From positions 5,121 to 69,120 of the forward strand of contig JAFDDB010000004.1 of NCBI GenBank assembly GCA_019311115.1: a stretch of 64,000 nucleotides of DNA, given 5' to 3'. Source of the DNA: Deltaproteobacteria bacterium (lineage in GTDB: Bacteria; Myxococcota_A; UBA9160; SZUA-336). Of this stretch, positions 48,228 to 57,328 are shown piece by piece. The translations under genes and the position numbers were made by a program. The notes beneath the pieces were generated by a model, which saw only the letters and a list, made by a program, of their open reading frames with translations, made no database searches and was not told the origin of the DNA. Position 1 is the stretch's first letter, and each line of letters starts with the position of its first letter.

Positions 48228-49480
48228 GCGGACAGCAGCTCCGCGAGGCGCGCGGTCGCGCCCTCGAGCAGGCTCTCCGCCACGTTGAGCGGCGGCGTCA
48301 GCGACAGCACCCGCCCGTCCGGACCCTCCTGGATCAGGATCCAACCCGACGCCAGCGCGTCTTCGACGACGCGCGCGGCGCGCGCGGCGGTGTCTAGTTC
48401 GATGCCCAGCATGAGCCCGCGGCCGCGCACGTCGACGACGCCGGGCAGTGGCGCCAGGGCGGAGCGAAGGTTCGCGAGCCAGCGCTCTCCGACCTCGGCG
48501 GCGCGGCCGGGCAGGTCGTCGCGCGCGAGCACGTCGAGCACCGCGCACGCCACGGCGCAGCCGAGCGGGTTCCCGAGGTGCGTGCTGGTGTGCCGCGCCT
48601 CCTCGCCGCGCTCTCCCCAGCCCTTCATCACGCCGGGGCGACCGGCGCAGGCCGAGATCGGAAAGCCGCCGCCGAGCGCCTTGCCGACCGTCACCAGGTC
48701 GGGAACCACGCCGTCGTGCTCGCACGCCAGCCAGCGTCCGGTGCGTCCCAGTCCGGTGTAGACCTCGTCGGCGATCAGCAGCGCGTCCTCGTCGTCGGCG
48801 ATCGCGCGCAGGTCGGACAGGAACCCGGCGGGCGCGGGGTGCGCGCCGCCTCGCCCCTGGACCGGCTCGACCAGGATCGCGCCCGCCGCGTCGGCGCGGA
48901 CGGCACGCCGCACGGCGTCGGCGTCTCCGAAGCGCACGAAGGTGGTGCGCCCGGGCAGCCGCTCGGCGAAGGGCTCGCGGAACAGCGCAGCGTGCGTCGC
49001 GTCGAGGGCTCCGAGTCCCAGCCCGTGGTACGCATCCTCGAACGCCACCACGTGTGCGCGTCCCGTCACGACGAGGGCGGTCTTGAGCGCGGACTCGACC
49101 GCGTCCGATCCCGAGGCCGACAGGATCGGCATGCCCAGGTCGGCCGGCAGCCGCCTCGTGAGCGACTCCAGCAGAGCCACGCGCACCGTCGCCGGGTGGA
49201 CGTCGGAGAGCGCGTGCGGGAGCACCGCGGCCTGCTCCTGCAGCGCGCGGGTGGCCTCGGGGTGGGCATGGCCGATCGCGGCCACCCCGAATCCGGCGAG
49301 CAGGTCGACGTAGCGGTTGCCGTCGGCGTCCCAGACGTTGGAGCCGTTCGCCCGCTCCCAGAAGATCGCCCCCGGCATCGCGCTGACCTCGGGGCACTCG
49401 ACGTGGTGCAGGCGCTCGAGCAGGGCCTGCGAGGACTTGCCGGGGACTTCGCCGCGGATCTCCGGGGGCTGCTGGCTCAT
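48224..49480 (-). CDS. Class III (omega-type) PLP aminotransferase
   Basis: GSDAVESALK, DEVYTGLGRTG and TVGKALGGG (PLP lysine) motifs. Confidence 0.75.
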   Translation of the reverse strand: MSQQPPEIRGEVPGKSSQALLERLHHVECPEVSAMPGAIFWERANGSNVWDADGNRYVDLLAGFGVAAIGHAHPEATRALQEQAAVLPHALSDVHPATVRVALLESLTRRLPADLGMPILSASGSDAVESALKTALVVTGRAHVVAFEDAYHGLGLGALDATHAALFREPFAERLPGRTTFVRFGDADAVRRAVRADAAGAILVEPVQGRGGAHPAPAGFLSDLRAIADDEDALLIADEVYTGLGRTGRWLACEHDGVVPDLVTVGKALGGGFPISACAGRPGVMKGWGERGEEARHTSTHLGNPLGCAVACAVLDVLARDDLPGRAAEVGERWLANLRSALAPLPGVVDVRGRGLMLGIELDTAARAARVVEDALASGWILIQEGPDGRVLSLTPPLNVAESLLEGATARLAELLSA

Positions 49481-49607
49481 CACTCCGCGGATGCTAGCCG
49501 GAAAGCGCGCGGCAGCGCCCGCGCAGTCGGCGCGCACGCCTGCCCGTGTCGCGTCCCGCTCAAGTCGGGACCGGATGACGCCGATGTCCGGGTCGGGAGG
49601 TCTCTAC

Positions 49608-49922
49608 ATGCAGTGGTTCGGAATGCTCCTGGTCGTGGCTTCGCTGGTGCTCGGCAGCGGTGGAGTCGCCTATCGCTCGCATGCGAGCAGCGTGGTGGGC
49701 GGACACGAGCAGTTCGGCATGACACCGGCCCAGGGCCTCGGGACCCCGGCCACCGCGCCCGTGGTCCGGGCGGCGGCGTGCCCGGCCCCGCAACCGCTCG
49801 AGATCCGGCTGCCGAAGCGCGCACGCCGGCACGTCGTGAGCCTGACCAACCGCGGCTACAACTACCGCGGCGGGCTCGCCGACCTCTCGCGCACGCAGCC
49901 TCCGGCCAGTCCGCGCGACTAG
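49608..49922 (+). CDS. Small secreted hypothetical protein
   Basis: GGAGG RBS then MQWFGMLLVVASLVLGSGGVAYRS signal-like N-terminus. Confidence 0.35.
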   Translation: MQWFGMLLVVASLVLGSGGVAYRSHASSVVGGHEQFGMTPAQGLGTPATAPVVRAAACPAPQPLEIRLPKRARRHVVSLTNRGYNYRGGLADLSRTQPPASPRD

Positions 49923-50401
49923 CCGGTAGACCGCGTCCCGCCCGGGGAAGGCCTGGGCTCCGGCGGAGCGGCATCGAGTCCGCGCCGCAGTCCGCGCCAC
50001 AGCAGTCCGTGCGCCACCCCGACCGCGACCACCGCAGGCAGGTCTCCGGCCCCGAGCCAGCCGGCCCCGAGCCAGCGAAAGGGCGCGGCGCAGAGAAGCG
50101 GGAGCGCCAGCGCCCAGAGTGAGACGCGCTGGTACTGCCAGGGAGCGAGGCGCGGTGCGCGCCCGACGAAGTGCCCCGCCACCGAGAGCAGCGCATGGCA
50201 TGCGAGCGGGACGGCGAGGGAGCCCAGCGGGACGGCGAGCAGCGTCGCCGCCAGTGCCAGCAGCGCGCCGTAGCGTCCACCCCGGCGCGCTCCCAGGATC
50301 CGCCGCAGCGCGACGCCGTCGCCGGCCACCACCCCGCGCAGGAGGCGCGGCACCTCGGCGCGGGCGACGAAGACCCGGCGCTCGGGGGTCCGCGCGCTCA
50401 C
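49919..50401 (-). CDS. Small polytopic membrane protein
   Basis: C-terminal part of ORF 49919..51445; GTG start overlapping the upstream stop; three hydrophobic helices. Confidence 0.35.
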   Translation of the reverse strand: MSARTPERRVFVARAEVPRLLRGVVAGDGVALRRILGARRGGRYGALLALAATLLAVPLGSLAVPLACHALLSVAGHFVGRAPRLAPWQYQRVSLWALALPLLCAAPFRWLGAGWLGAGDLPAVVAVGVAHGLLWRGLRRGLDAAPPEPRPSPGGTRSTG

Positions 50402-51246
50402 CGCAGCTCCGCCCGCAGCTCGGACTCGAGCTCGGCCAGCGAGCGGTGGTAGGTCCGGTCGAGTGCCCGGTCGAGGTTCCGCGTGCGCGCGAGTTCCTGG
50501 CAGAGCCAGCGCAGCTTCTGCTCGCCGTGGCGCCGGGCCAGGTACTCGATCATGCCGTGCGACTCCAGGTAGGCGAGCGAGGCGCTGTCCCCGGAGAGGT
50601 GCGCGAAGCTCGGGCCGGCCAGCGACTCGAGAGGCAGCCAGGTCCCCTGGCGCGAGGCTTCGGTCAGCACACGGTACTGCCCCGGGCCGAGCCGCCGGCC
50701 CATGGCCTGCGCCTCGACGTACTCGGCCAGCCCCTCGTTGAGCCAGGCCGGGAAGAGCCCGGGGCCGACCTCGGCCTGGATCGCCGCGTGGGTGTACTCG
50801 TGGTTGAGCGTCCCCGCGAGGGCGGCGTCGACCCGGGTCGCGCCGCGCACGTGGATGGCCCCGTCGAAGAACCCGACCGCCCGGAATCCGAAGTAGCCCT
50901 GGTACTTGGCGTCGAAGACCCCCGGGTCGTAGACCGACACGCGAACGTGGTGACCCGGCCAGATCCCGAGGAGGTTTCCGACCCGGTCGTAGGCGCGCTC
51001 GAGGATGTCGAGAAGCTGCAGCTCGAAACGGCGCCAGCCGTGGGGGCCCGAGTACTTCTCGATGTCCACGTCCTGGTACAGACGGAAGTGCGCCGACTTT
51101 CGCTCCTGGAAGTGGCCGTCCGGCTCGGCCCGGGCTTCGGGTGCGAGGGTCGAGGCGAAGCCCGCTGTGACGAGGGCCACCGACAGGAGGACGAGCCACA
51201 CCCCCCGCGTTGTCTGGATCGAAGCTCGGCGGCTGGGGGTCGGCAT
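50398..51246 (-). CDS. Secreted putative Zn-metallopeptidase (HExxH)
   Basis: Signal peptide VWLVLLSVALVTAGFAST; HEYTHA (HExxH) plus downstream NEGLAEY. Confidence 0.5.
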   Translation of the reverse strand: MPTPSRRASIQTTRGVWLVLLSVALVTAGFASTLAPEARAEPDGHFQERKSAHFRLYQDVDIEKYSGPHGWRRFELQLLDILERAYDRVGNLLGIWPGHHVRVSVYDPGVFDAKYQGYFGFRAVGFFDGAIHVRGATRVDAALAGTLNHEYTHAAIQAEVGPGLFPAWLNEGLAEYVEAQAMGRRLGPGQYRVLTEASRQGTWLPLESLAGPSFAHLSGDSASLAYLESHGMIEYLARRHGEQKLRWLCQELARTRNLDRALDRTYHRSLAELESELRAELR

Positions 51247-51359
51247 CGCAACTCCGGGGAAATGGCCTCGCGCCCTTGCGCTCGGTTCCGTGCATGTTAT
51301 CTGACGAACTGCGCGTTCTGACCTTCAGCGAGCGCGCTGAATGGGGAGGAGGAGTCCAC

Positions 51360-51560
51360 ATGGCAGCGAGGAAGAAGGCGAAGAAGGCCGGCGACCCGAT
51401 GATCATCTCGAAGTCGCGCGTCAAGGCGGCCGTCAAGAAGTGCAACGTTGGTGCAGAGTTCTACGGCGCGCTCGAGGGCGAGGTCCGCGACCTGATCAAG
51501 AAGGCCGAGGCCCGGTGCACGGGCAACAAGCGCAAGACCCTGCGCGCCGCCGACGTATAG
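51360..51560 (+). CDS. Bacterial singlet histone-fold protein (HBb/DUF1931-like) with a lysine-rich N-terminal tail
   Basis: Strong RBS GGGAGGAGGAG; MAARKKAKKAGDPMIISKSRVKAAVKKCNVGAEFYGALEGEVRDLIKKAEARCTGNKRKTLRAADV has the alpha1-L1-alpha2-L2-alpha3 histone-fold pattern, including the RKT-x-x-AxD ending. Confidence 0.6.
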   Translation: MAARKKAKKAGDPMIISKSRVKAAVKKCNVGAEFYGALEGEVRDLIKKAEARCTGNKRKTLRAADV

Positions 51561-51687
51561 AGTCGACGGAGAATCCGATCGACCGGGCGCCGGAGGGGAC
51601 GACCCCACCGGCGCTCGATTCGTTTGGGCCCAGCGCGTCGAGCCGTCCGAGCGGCTAGAATTGCCGCATCCGGCCCCGATCGTCCTG

Positions 51688-51735
51688 CCCACCGCGCTGC
51701 CCACCGCGCTGCCCACCGCGTTACCCACCGCGTTA
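51688..51735. repeat. Perfect 12-bp tandem repeat x4 (CCCACCGCGCTG x2, CCCACCGCGTTA x2) immediately upstream of the ECF sigma gene
   Basis: Read directly: CCCACCGCGCTGCCCACCGCGCTGCCCACCGCGTTACCCACCGCGTTA. Confidence 0.85.
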
Positions 51736-51758
51736 CCGAAGGGGCCTCCGGAGCGTAG

Positions 51759-52331
51759 ATGTCGGAGGAACGAGACGAACGGCGGGCCCGGGAGGGTCGC
51801 TGGTCGGAGCTGATGGCTGCCGGCCAGGACGGCGACGCCCCGGCGTACGAGCAGCTTCTCCGCGAGCTGCTGATCCCCCTGCGGGCCTTCGCCATGAGCC
51901 GGCTCGGAGATCCCGCCAGTGTCGACGACGTCGTGCAGAACGTATTGCTCTCCATCCACCGCGCGCGCCACAGCTACCGGCCCGAACGTCCGTTCGGTCC
52001 CTGGCTCTGGACGATCGCGCGCAACGCGGTCACCGACTCGCTGCGTGCGCGCTCGACGCGCCTGCGGCGCGAGCTGCCGATCGACGAGCTCGAGGGAATC
52101 GACGAGCCCTCGGTCGAGCAGCAGCCCCAGCTCGCCCTCTCTCCGGCGTTGCGGGCCGCCCTCGACGGACTGCCGCCGGCGCAGCGCCAGGCGGTCGAGC
52201 TGATGCACGTGCACCAGCTCAGCGTGGCCGAGGCGGCGGAGCGCGCGGGGGTGAGCCCCGGCGCGCTCAAGGTGCGCGCGCACCGCGGCTACAAGGCGCT
52301 GCGCGTGGCGCTGGCGGACGAGAAGCCATGA
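51759..52331 (+). CDS. ECF (group IV) RNA polymerase sigma factor
   Basis: Region 2 DVVQNVLLSIHRARHSY and region 4 LPPAQRQAVELMHVHQLSVAEAAERAGVSPGALKVRAHRG. Confidence 0.8.
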   Translation: MSEERDERRAREGRWSELMAAGQDGDAPAYEQLLRELLIPLRAFAMSRLGDPASVDDVVQNVLLSIHRARHSYRPERPFGPWLWTIARNAVTDSLRARSTRLRRELPIDELEGIDEPSVEQQPQLALSPALRAALDGLPPAQRQAVELMHVHQLSVAEAAERAGVSPGALKVRAHRGYKALRVALADEKP

Positions 52332-53005
52332 GCCGCTCGACCGATTCGCTGATCCGCGAGCTGAGCCGCGGGCTCCAGCCGGTCCGACGCGTCCCGCCGC
52401 TCCACCGCGTCGCGGCGCTCGCCGCCGCGCTGGCCCTGGCCACCGCCGCGATCGCGCTGGTGACCTGGGGACTCAACGAGACGTTCCGAGGCTTGAATCC
52501 CGAGCCGCGCTATTGGGTGGCCATCGCGGGGCTGCTCTCGTTCGCGGCGGGCGGAGCCGCCGCCGCGCTCGGCTCCACGGTTCCGGGCAACGATCCGCTG
52601 ATCCGCGGTGGGGTCGCGGCGATGGTCGCCGGCGCCATGCTGACCCTGCTCGGGAGCGCTCTCTTCCTGGCCCGCATCTCGGCCGGCGAGCCCGCGGGGT
52701 CGTTCTGGTCCGCGCTGTCGCTGGTCTGCCTGGGCCGCTCGAGCCTGGTCGCGATCCCGGCCGCCGCCCTGCTCACGCTGTTCGCGGCGCGCGGCTTCCC
52801 GCACCGGCCGTGGCTCACGGTCGGCTTCGGCACCCTGGGACTCGTCGCCTTCGGCGCGCTCCCGGTGACCATGAGCTGTGGGTCGGAGAGCATCTTCCAC
52901 ATCGTCTTCGCGCACGTCCTCGCGCCAGCCACGGCCGGCCTTGGGCTGTGGGCGGTTCTGTGGCTGCTCTACGCGCTGCTCCGTTCGCGCCGCGAGCAGT
53001 CCTAG
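52328..53005 (+). CDS. Polytopic anti-sigma factor (NrsF/DUF1109-like)
   Basis: ATGA overlap with the sigma gene; N-terminal LIRELSRGLQPV then six TM helices. Confidence 0.6.
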   Translation: MSRSTDSLIRELSRGLQPVRRVPPLHRVAALAAALALATAAIALVTWGLNETFRGLNPEPRYWVAIAGLLSFAAGGAAAALGSTVPGNDPLIRGGVAAMVAGAMLTLLGSALFLARISAGEPAGSFWSALSLVCLGRSSLVAIPAAALLTLFAARGFPHRPWLTVGFGTLGLVAFGALPVTMSCGSESIFHIVFAHVLAPATAGLGLWAVLWLLYALLRSRREQS

Positions 53006-53030
53006 GCGTCTTGGCGCCGGATCGCGGGGC

Positions 53031-53894
53031 TCACGCTCCCTGACCCCGGCGCAAGCGGGGCGGCGGCTCCGAGACGGCCTCGAAGCCGCCGATGCGAATC
53101 CGCTCCGCGTGCAGCCAGTGGCGCGAGCAGCGGGTCTTCGACCCGTAGCTGGCGTCGCCGACGACCGGGTGTCCGAGTTCTGCGAGCGTGGCGCGGATCT
53201 GGTGCATCAGTCCCGTGGTCGGCCGCGCCTCGACCAGCGTCGACCCGCTCCGCGCCTCGAGGGCCCGCAGCCGCGTCACCGCCTCGCGGCCTCCGCGCTC
53301 GACCACCCGCATGCGCGGTCCGCGGTGATCGAGCCTCAGCGTGACGGTGCGCTCGCCCTCGAAGGTGCCGTGCACGAGCGCGCGGTAGAGCTTGTCGACC
53401 CGGCGCGCGTCGAACTCGGCGCGTGCCATCTCCCACGCCGCCTCCGTCTCGGCGAAGACCAGCACCCCCGAGGTCTCGCGGTCCAGCCGGTGTACGACGC
53501 CCGACATCAGCCCGCCCTCGCCGACGCCGCGCACTTCGGGGAACCGGTCGAGGACCGCGTTCAGCACGGTCCCGGTCTCCTCGTAGTCGAGCGGCTGGGT
53601 CGCGCGGCCCGCGGGCTTGTCGATCGCGATCAGACCCCCGGCGCGCGACAGGACGTCCAGGTCGAACTCCGCGCGCGCGATGGGACCCTCGTCGGGGTGC
53701 CGGAAGGCGTCGACGTCCACGCGGTCGTCCGCGCGCAGCACGGTTCCCTTGACTGCGGGCAGCCCGTTCACGCGTACCCGCTCGCGCGCCAGCAGCCGGC
53801 GCACGTAGCCGCGCGACAAGCGGAACTCGCGAGCGAGCCACACGTCGAGCCGCTGGCCCGCGTCCGCGTTCCCTACCTGGAGTGCCTTCGCCAT
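53031..53894 (-). CDS. RluA-family pseudouridine synthase
   Basis: S4-like N-terminus and catalytic HRLDRETSG. Confidence 0.75.
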   Translation of the reverse strand: MAKALQVGNADAGQRLDVWLAREFRLSRGYVRRLLARERVRVNGLPAVKGTVLRADDRVDVDAFRHPDEGPIARAEFDLDVLSRAGGLIAIDKPAGRATQPLDYEETGTVLNAVLDRFPEVRGVGEGGLMSGVVHRLDRETSGVLVFAETEAAWEMARAEFDARRVDKLYRALVHGTFEGERTVTLRLDHRGPRMRVVERGGREAVTRLRALEARSGSTLVEARPTTGLMHQIRATLAELGHPVVGDASYGSKTRCSRHWLHAERIRIGGFEAVSEPPPRLRRGQGA

Positions 53895-53941
53895 GGGCGG
53901 AGATCATGCACCGCGCGGCCCGGCTCGTGTAGTCTCGGCCC

Positions 53942-54817
53942 ATGGCGAACCACAGCGGTCTGGGATTCGGAGCCGAAGAGCGCGTCGTCGTGGTCCACGT
54001 CGACGACGTCGGCATGTCGAACGCGGCGAACGAGGGAGCGTTCCGCGCGCTCGAGGCCGACGCCACCTGCGGGAGCGTGATGGTCCCCTGTCCGGCCTTC
54101 GAGGCGGCGGCCGAGATCGCGAGCGGCCGCGACGATCTCGACCTGGGCGTCCACCTGACGCTGAACGCCGAGTACGAGACGTGGCGCTGGGGCACGGTGA
54201 GCGACGACGCTCCGAGCCTGCTCTCGCCCGACGGCGGCATGTGGCGCACGACGGTCGAGACCGTCGAGCACGCGAGCGCCGAGGACGTCGAGACCGAGCT
54301 GCGCGCGCAGGTCGAGCGCGCGCTCGAGGCCGGAGTCGACGTGACGCACCTCGACAGCCACATGGGCACCGTCTTCGATCCGAAGTTCGTCGACGTATAC
54401 GTGCAGCTCGCGCGCCACTACCGGCTGCCGGTCTTCATTCCGCGCGTCGACCGCAGCGTCGCGGAGCGGCGCGGGCTGTCCGGAGGGCTCAAGCATTACG
54501 TCGAGATGATCGACGAGGCCGAGGCGGACGGCTTCCCGATTTTCGAGGGCTTCAACGCCGACTCGCTCGAGTTCGAGCCGGGCACCGGCCTGGCGCACAA
54601 CACGGCGCGCGTCGCGAGCCTGCCGCCCGGCCTCTCGTACCTGATCACGCACTGCGCGCAGGGTGGAGACGAGCTGCGCTCCATCACGCACGACTGGCGG
54701 CAACGCGACGAGGAGAGCCGGATCTACTCCGATGGCTCGATGGGTCGCGCGTTCCGGGAGCAGGGCGTGCACACGATCGGAATGCGCGAACTGCGCGACC
54801 TGCTGCGGGATCGCTAG
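53942..54817 (+). CDS. YdjC/ChbG-family carbohydrate deacetylase-like protein
   Basis: VVVHVDDVGMS...GVHLTL...HLDSHM metal-binding pattern of YdjC. Confidence 0.6.
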   Translation: MANHSGLGFGAEERVVVVHVDDVGMSNAANEGAFRALEADATCGSVMVPCPAFEAAAEIASGRDDLDLGVHLTLNAEYETWRWGTVSDDAPSLLSPDGGMWRTTVETVEHASAEDVETELRAQVERALEAGVDVTHLDSHMGTVFDPKFVDVYVQLARHYRLPVFIPRVDRSVAERRGLSGGLKHYVEMIDEAEADGFPIFEGFNADSLEFEPGTGLAHNTARVASLPPGLSYLITHCAQGGDELRSITHDWRQRDEESRIYSDGSMGRAFREQGVHTIGMRELRDLLRDR

Positions 54818-55317
54818 GGCGCGTCCATCCGGAAGAGCATGCCGCGCTCGCGTTCCTCTTCGCTCGGCATGTCGAAGTCGTACTTGGCCACGAACATGCG
54901 GAGCGCGGCGTCGGCCTCGCTGGAATCGGTCACGTGCACGGCCTTGCGCTCGTAGAGCTTGCCGTCGATCAATACGCGTGCGCGTGGGTCGTCAACCAGG
55001 TTCCGTGCCCAGGTGCTCTCCTTGCCGCGAGCCGCGGCGATGTAGAGCTGCCCCTCGTTCGTCGCGCACCACAGCGTGACGGAGTACGGATCGTCGAGCG
55101 CGGTCTCGATCTGGATGTTCTTGAACTCGTCGCTGAACGACCAGTCGGACACGGGATCCGTGACGAGTTCGCCCGAGAGCTGGCCGCCCGGGATCGGGCC
55201 GACGGGTCCGCAGGCGCAGAGCAGAGCTGCGGCGGCACACACGGCGCGCAAGCCCGCCGCCTGCCCGGTGGACGCTCGCCTCGCCGGGTACTCGCTCGCG
55301 GACAGGTTTACCGCCAT
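54814..55317 (-). CDS. Secreted/lipoprotein hypothetical
   Basis: Signal peptide with LLCACG; no confident family. Confidence 0.35.
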   Translation of the reverse strand: MAVNLSASEYPARRASTGQAAGLRAVCAAAALLCACGPVGPIPGGQLSGELVTDPVSDWSFSDEFKNIQIETALDDPYSVTLWCATNEGQLYIAAARGKESTWARNLVDDPRARVLIDGKLYERKAVHVTDSSEADAALRMFVAKYDFDMPSEEERERGMLFRMDAP

Positions 55318-55420
55318 ACGTTCCTCGTGCGCACTTCCATCTCTTCCGCCGTCGGGTCCGCCTGATCGGGAGGGTGCCGCTTCGGCGCGGCAGTTTACAC
55401 CCCCGCGCCCGGGGTTCGGC

Positions 55421-56422
55421 TCAGTGCTGCAGGACGCGGACGCCGCGCTTGTCGAGCGCGTCGAGCGCCGCCGCCGGGCTCAGGGCCTCGTGGGGGCGCA
55501 ACACTCCCGCGGGGACCGATCCGTCCAGGATGCGCCGGACCAGCAGGGCCGCCGTGGCCGCGGCGGCGCGCTCGGGGCTCTCGGCCCGCACGACCACCCG
55601 GCCGGCGGGCTCCCGGCCGCTCCCCACGAATGCCTCGGCGACGAGCGTGAACGACTCGGGGTTGCGCCAGCCGAACAGTGCGGCGGCCGCCTTGCCGATC
55701 GGTCCCCGGTCCGGCTCGCAGTAGCGCACTGCGTCGACCTGGTGGCTCTGTTCGAACCCGGCCAGGTCCAGGCTGGAGCCGAGCGACACCAGGCGGACTC
55801 CGCCCGGAAATCGGAAGCGCTGCGGGAGACGCCAGGCCGCGACGGCGCGGAAGTCGCGGCGCGCGATCGTGTCGCGAAGCGCGTCGCCCCAGCTCTCCGG
55901 CTCGGGCGTTCCGATGCCGGTCGACGCGATGCGCAGCGCGCGCACCTCGTCGAAGCGACGCAGCAGCGCGTCGGCGGCGATGCCGGGCAGTCCCGGGACC
56001 GCGCCGGCGTGAACGACGATCGGCGTCTGTGCCTCCCAGGCGCGCTCGCCGAGCTGCCGGAGACGGCTCTCCGCCAGTCCCATCCGCGTCACCGATACGA
56101 AGGGGGTCCGCGTCTCGAGCGCGTACTCGAGCGCCGCCAGTGGCGGAGACGACGCACAGGAGACGATCGCGGCTGCGCCACCCAGCGCATCGCCGAGTGC
56201 GCGCGGGTCGGCCGCGTTCGCGTACGCGCCGCAGGCGCGCGGCCCCCGGGTCAGCGCGGCACGTTCGGCTCGCTGCACGCTAGGCCCGGCGATCACCACG
56301 CGGCAGCTCGTCGTCGAGATCAACTCGTCGACGCACGCGCTGCCCACACGGCCGTAGCCGCCGAGCACGACGACGTCCCTCAATTCCCCTCCACCGCTTC
56401 CGAAGCCCGCAGCCGGGCCCAC
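55421..56422 (-). CDS. Saccharopine dehydrogenase NADP-binding domain protein
   Basis: VVVLGGYGRVGSACVDEL Rossmann N-terminus; family-typical length. Confidence 0.5.
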   Translation of the reverse strand: MGPAAGFGSGGGELRDVVVLGGYGRVGSACVDELISTTSCRVVIAGPSVQRAERAALTRGPRACGAYANAADPRALGDALGGAAAIVSCASSPPLAALEYALETRTPFVSVTRMGLAESRLRQLGERAWEAQTPIVVHAGAVPGLPGIAADALLRRFDEVRALRIASTGIGTPEPESWGDALRDTIARRDFRAVAAWRLPQRFRFPGGVRLVSLGSSLDLAGFEQSHQVDAVRYCEPDRGPIGKAAAALFGWRNPESFTLVAEAFVGSGREPAGRVVVRAESPERAAAATAALLVRRILDGSVPAGVLRPHEALSPAAALDALDKRGVRVLQH

Positions 56423-56431
56423 GCCGGGAAG

Positions 56432-57241
56432 CTAGCCCGACTCGCGCCCGACCACCTCGTACGAACGCGGATAGCCGGCCTCTTCGGGAATGGTCAGCCG
56501 CCGTTCGCCGTCCTTCTCGACGAACACCGGCAGGCACGGCACGACCGGACGCTCTCGCGCCGCGGCCAACGCCGCTTCGGCGGTGTCGAAACCGACGAGC
56601 GTCTCGAGCGTGCAGGCGGTCGGGAAGATGATGCGGAGCTTCCCCTCGCGCCCCTGTTCGAGGGCGTTCTCGGGCCGCGTCCACACGTGGTCGGTGCTCT
56701 CGACCCCATCGTGTGCGGCGAGCTGTCCCGGGGGAGCGAGCGTGGCGAAGAAGAGCGTGTCGAAGCGGCGCGGTACCGCCTCGGGCGTGATCCAGTGTCC
56801 GTGCACTGCCAGCCGGTCGGCGGCCAGGATCAGGTCCTCGGACTCGACCAGGTCGCGGAACGAGCGGCTCCCTGCCTGGACTTCGAGCCGGTGGCGGCTC
56901 AGCTCGGCCGCGTGCTCACCGCCGATCAGCTGGTCGCTTCCACGGCGCGAGGCCAGCAGGATCCCGGACTCCTCCCAGGTCTCGCGAATGGCGGCCACCA
57001 CGAAGCCCATGGCGTGGTCGGGATCCACGGTCGTGAGCAGCGCCGCCGCTCCGCGGTCCGTCAGGCCCTGGACGCGGTCCGAGAGGGCGTAGTCGCTCTC
57101 CTCGACCCGCCCGCCGGGAAACACGTACATGTCGGGCAGGAAGTCGCTCTTGCCGTGCCGCTCGAGCATCAGCACCTCGGGCGAGCGGCTCCCGTCCCTG
57201 ATCAGGATGACCGTCGAGGCTGGAAGGGGCTGGACCGGCAT
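56432..57241 (-). CDS. NUDIX hydrolase (CoA pyrophosphatase-like)
   Basis: Inner Met MPVQPL...; NUDIX box GGRVEESD...AAIRETWEESG. Confidence 0.65.
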   Translation of the reverse strand: MPVQPLPASTVILIRDGSRSPEVLMLERHGKSDFLPDMYVFPGGRVEESDYALSDRVQGLTDRGAAALLTTVDPDHAMGFVVAAIRETWEESGILLASRRGSDQLIGGEHAAELSRHRLEVQAGSRSFRDLVESEDLILAADRLAVHGHWITPEAVPRRFDTLFFATLAPPGQLAAHDGVESTDHVWTRPENALEQGREGKLRIIFPTACTLETLVGFDTAEAALAAARERPVVPCLPVFVEKDGERRLTIPEEAGYPRSYEVVGRESG

Positions 57242-57328
57242 GCGGACCAATCCTACCCGTGGGCGGTCTTCCGGTACAAGCGAGGGCCGGTCTTGGAAGC
57301 GGACGCGTCCATCGTCTAGGATGCCTGC

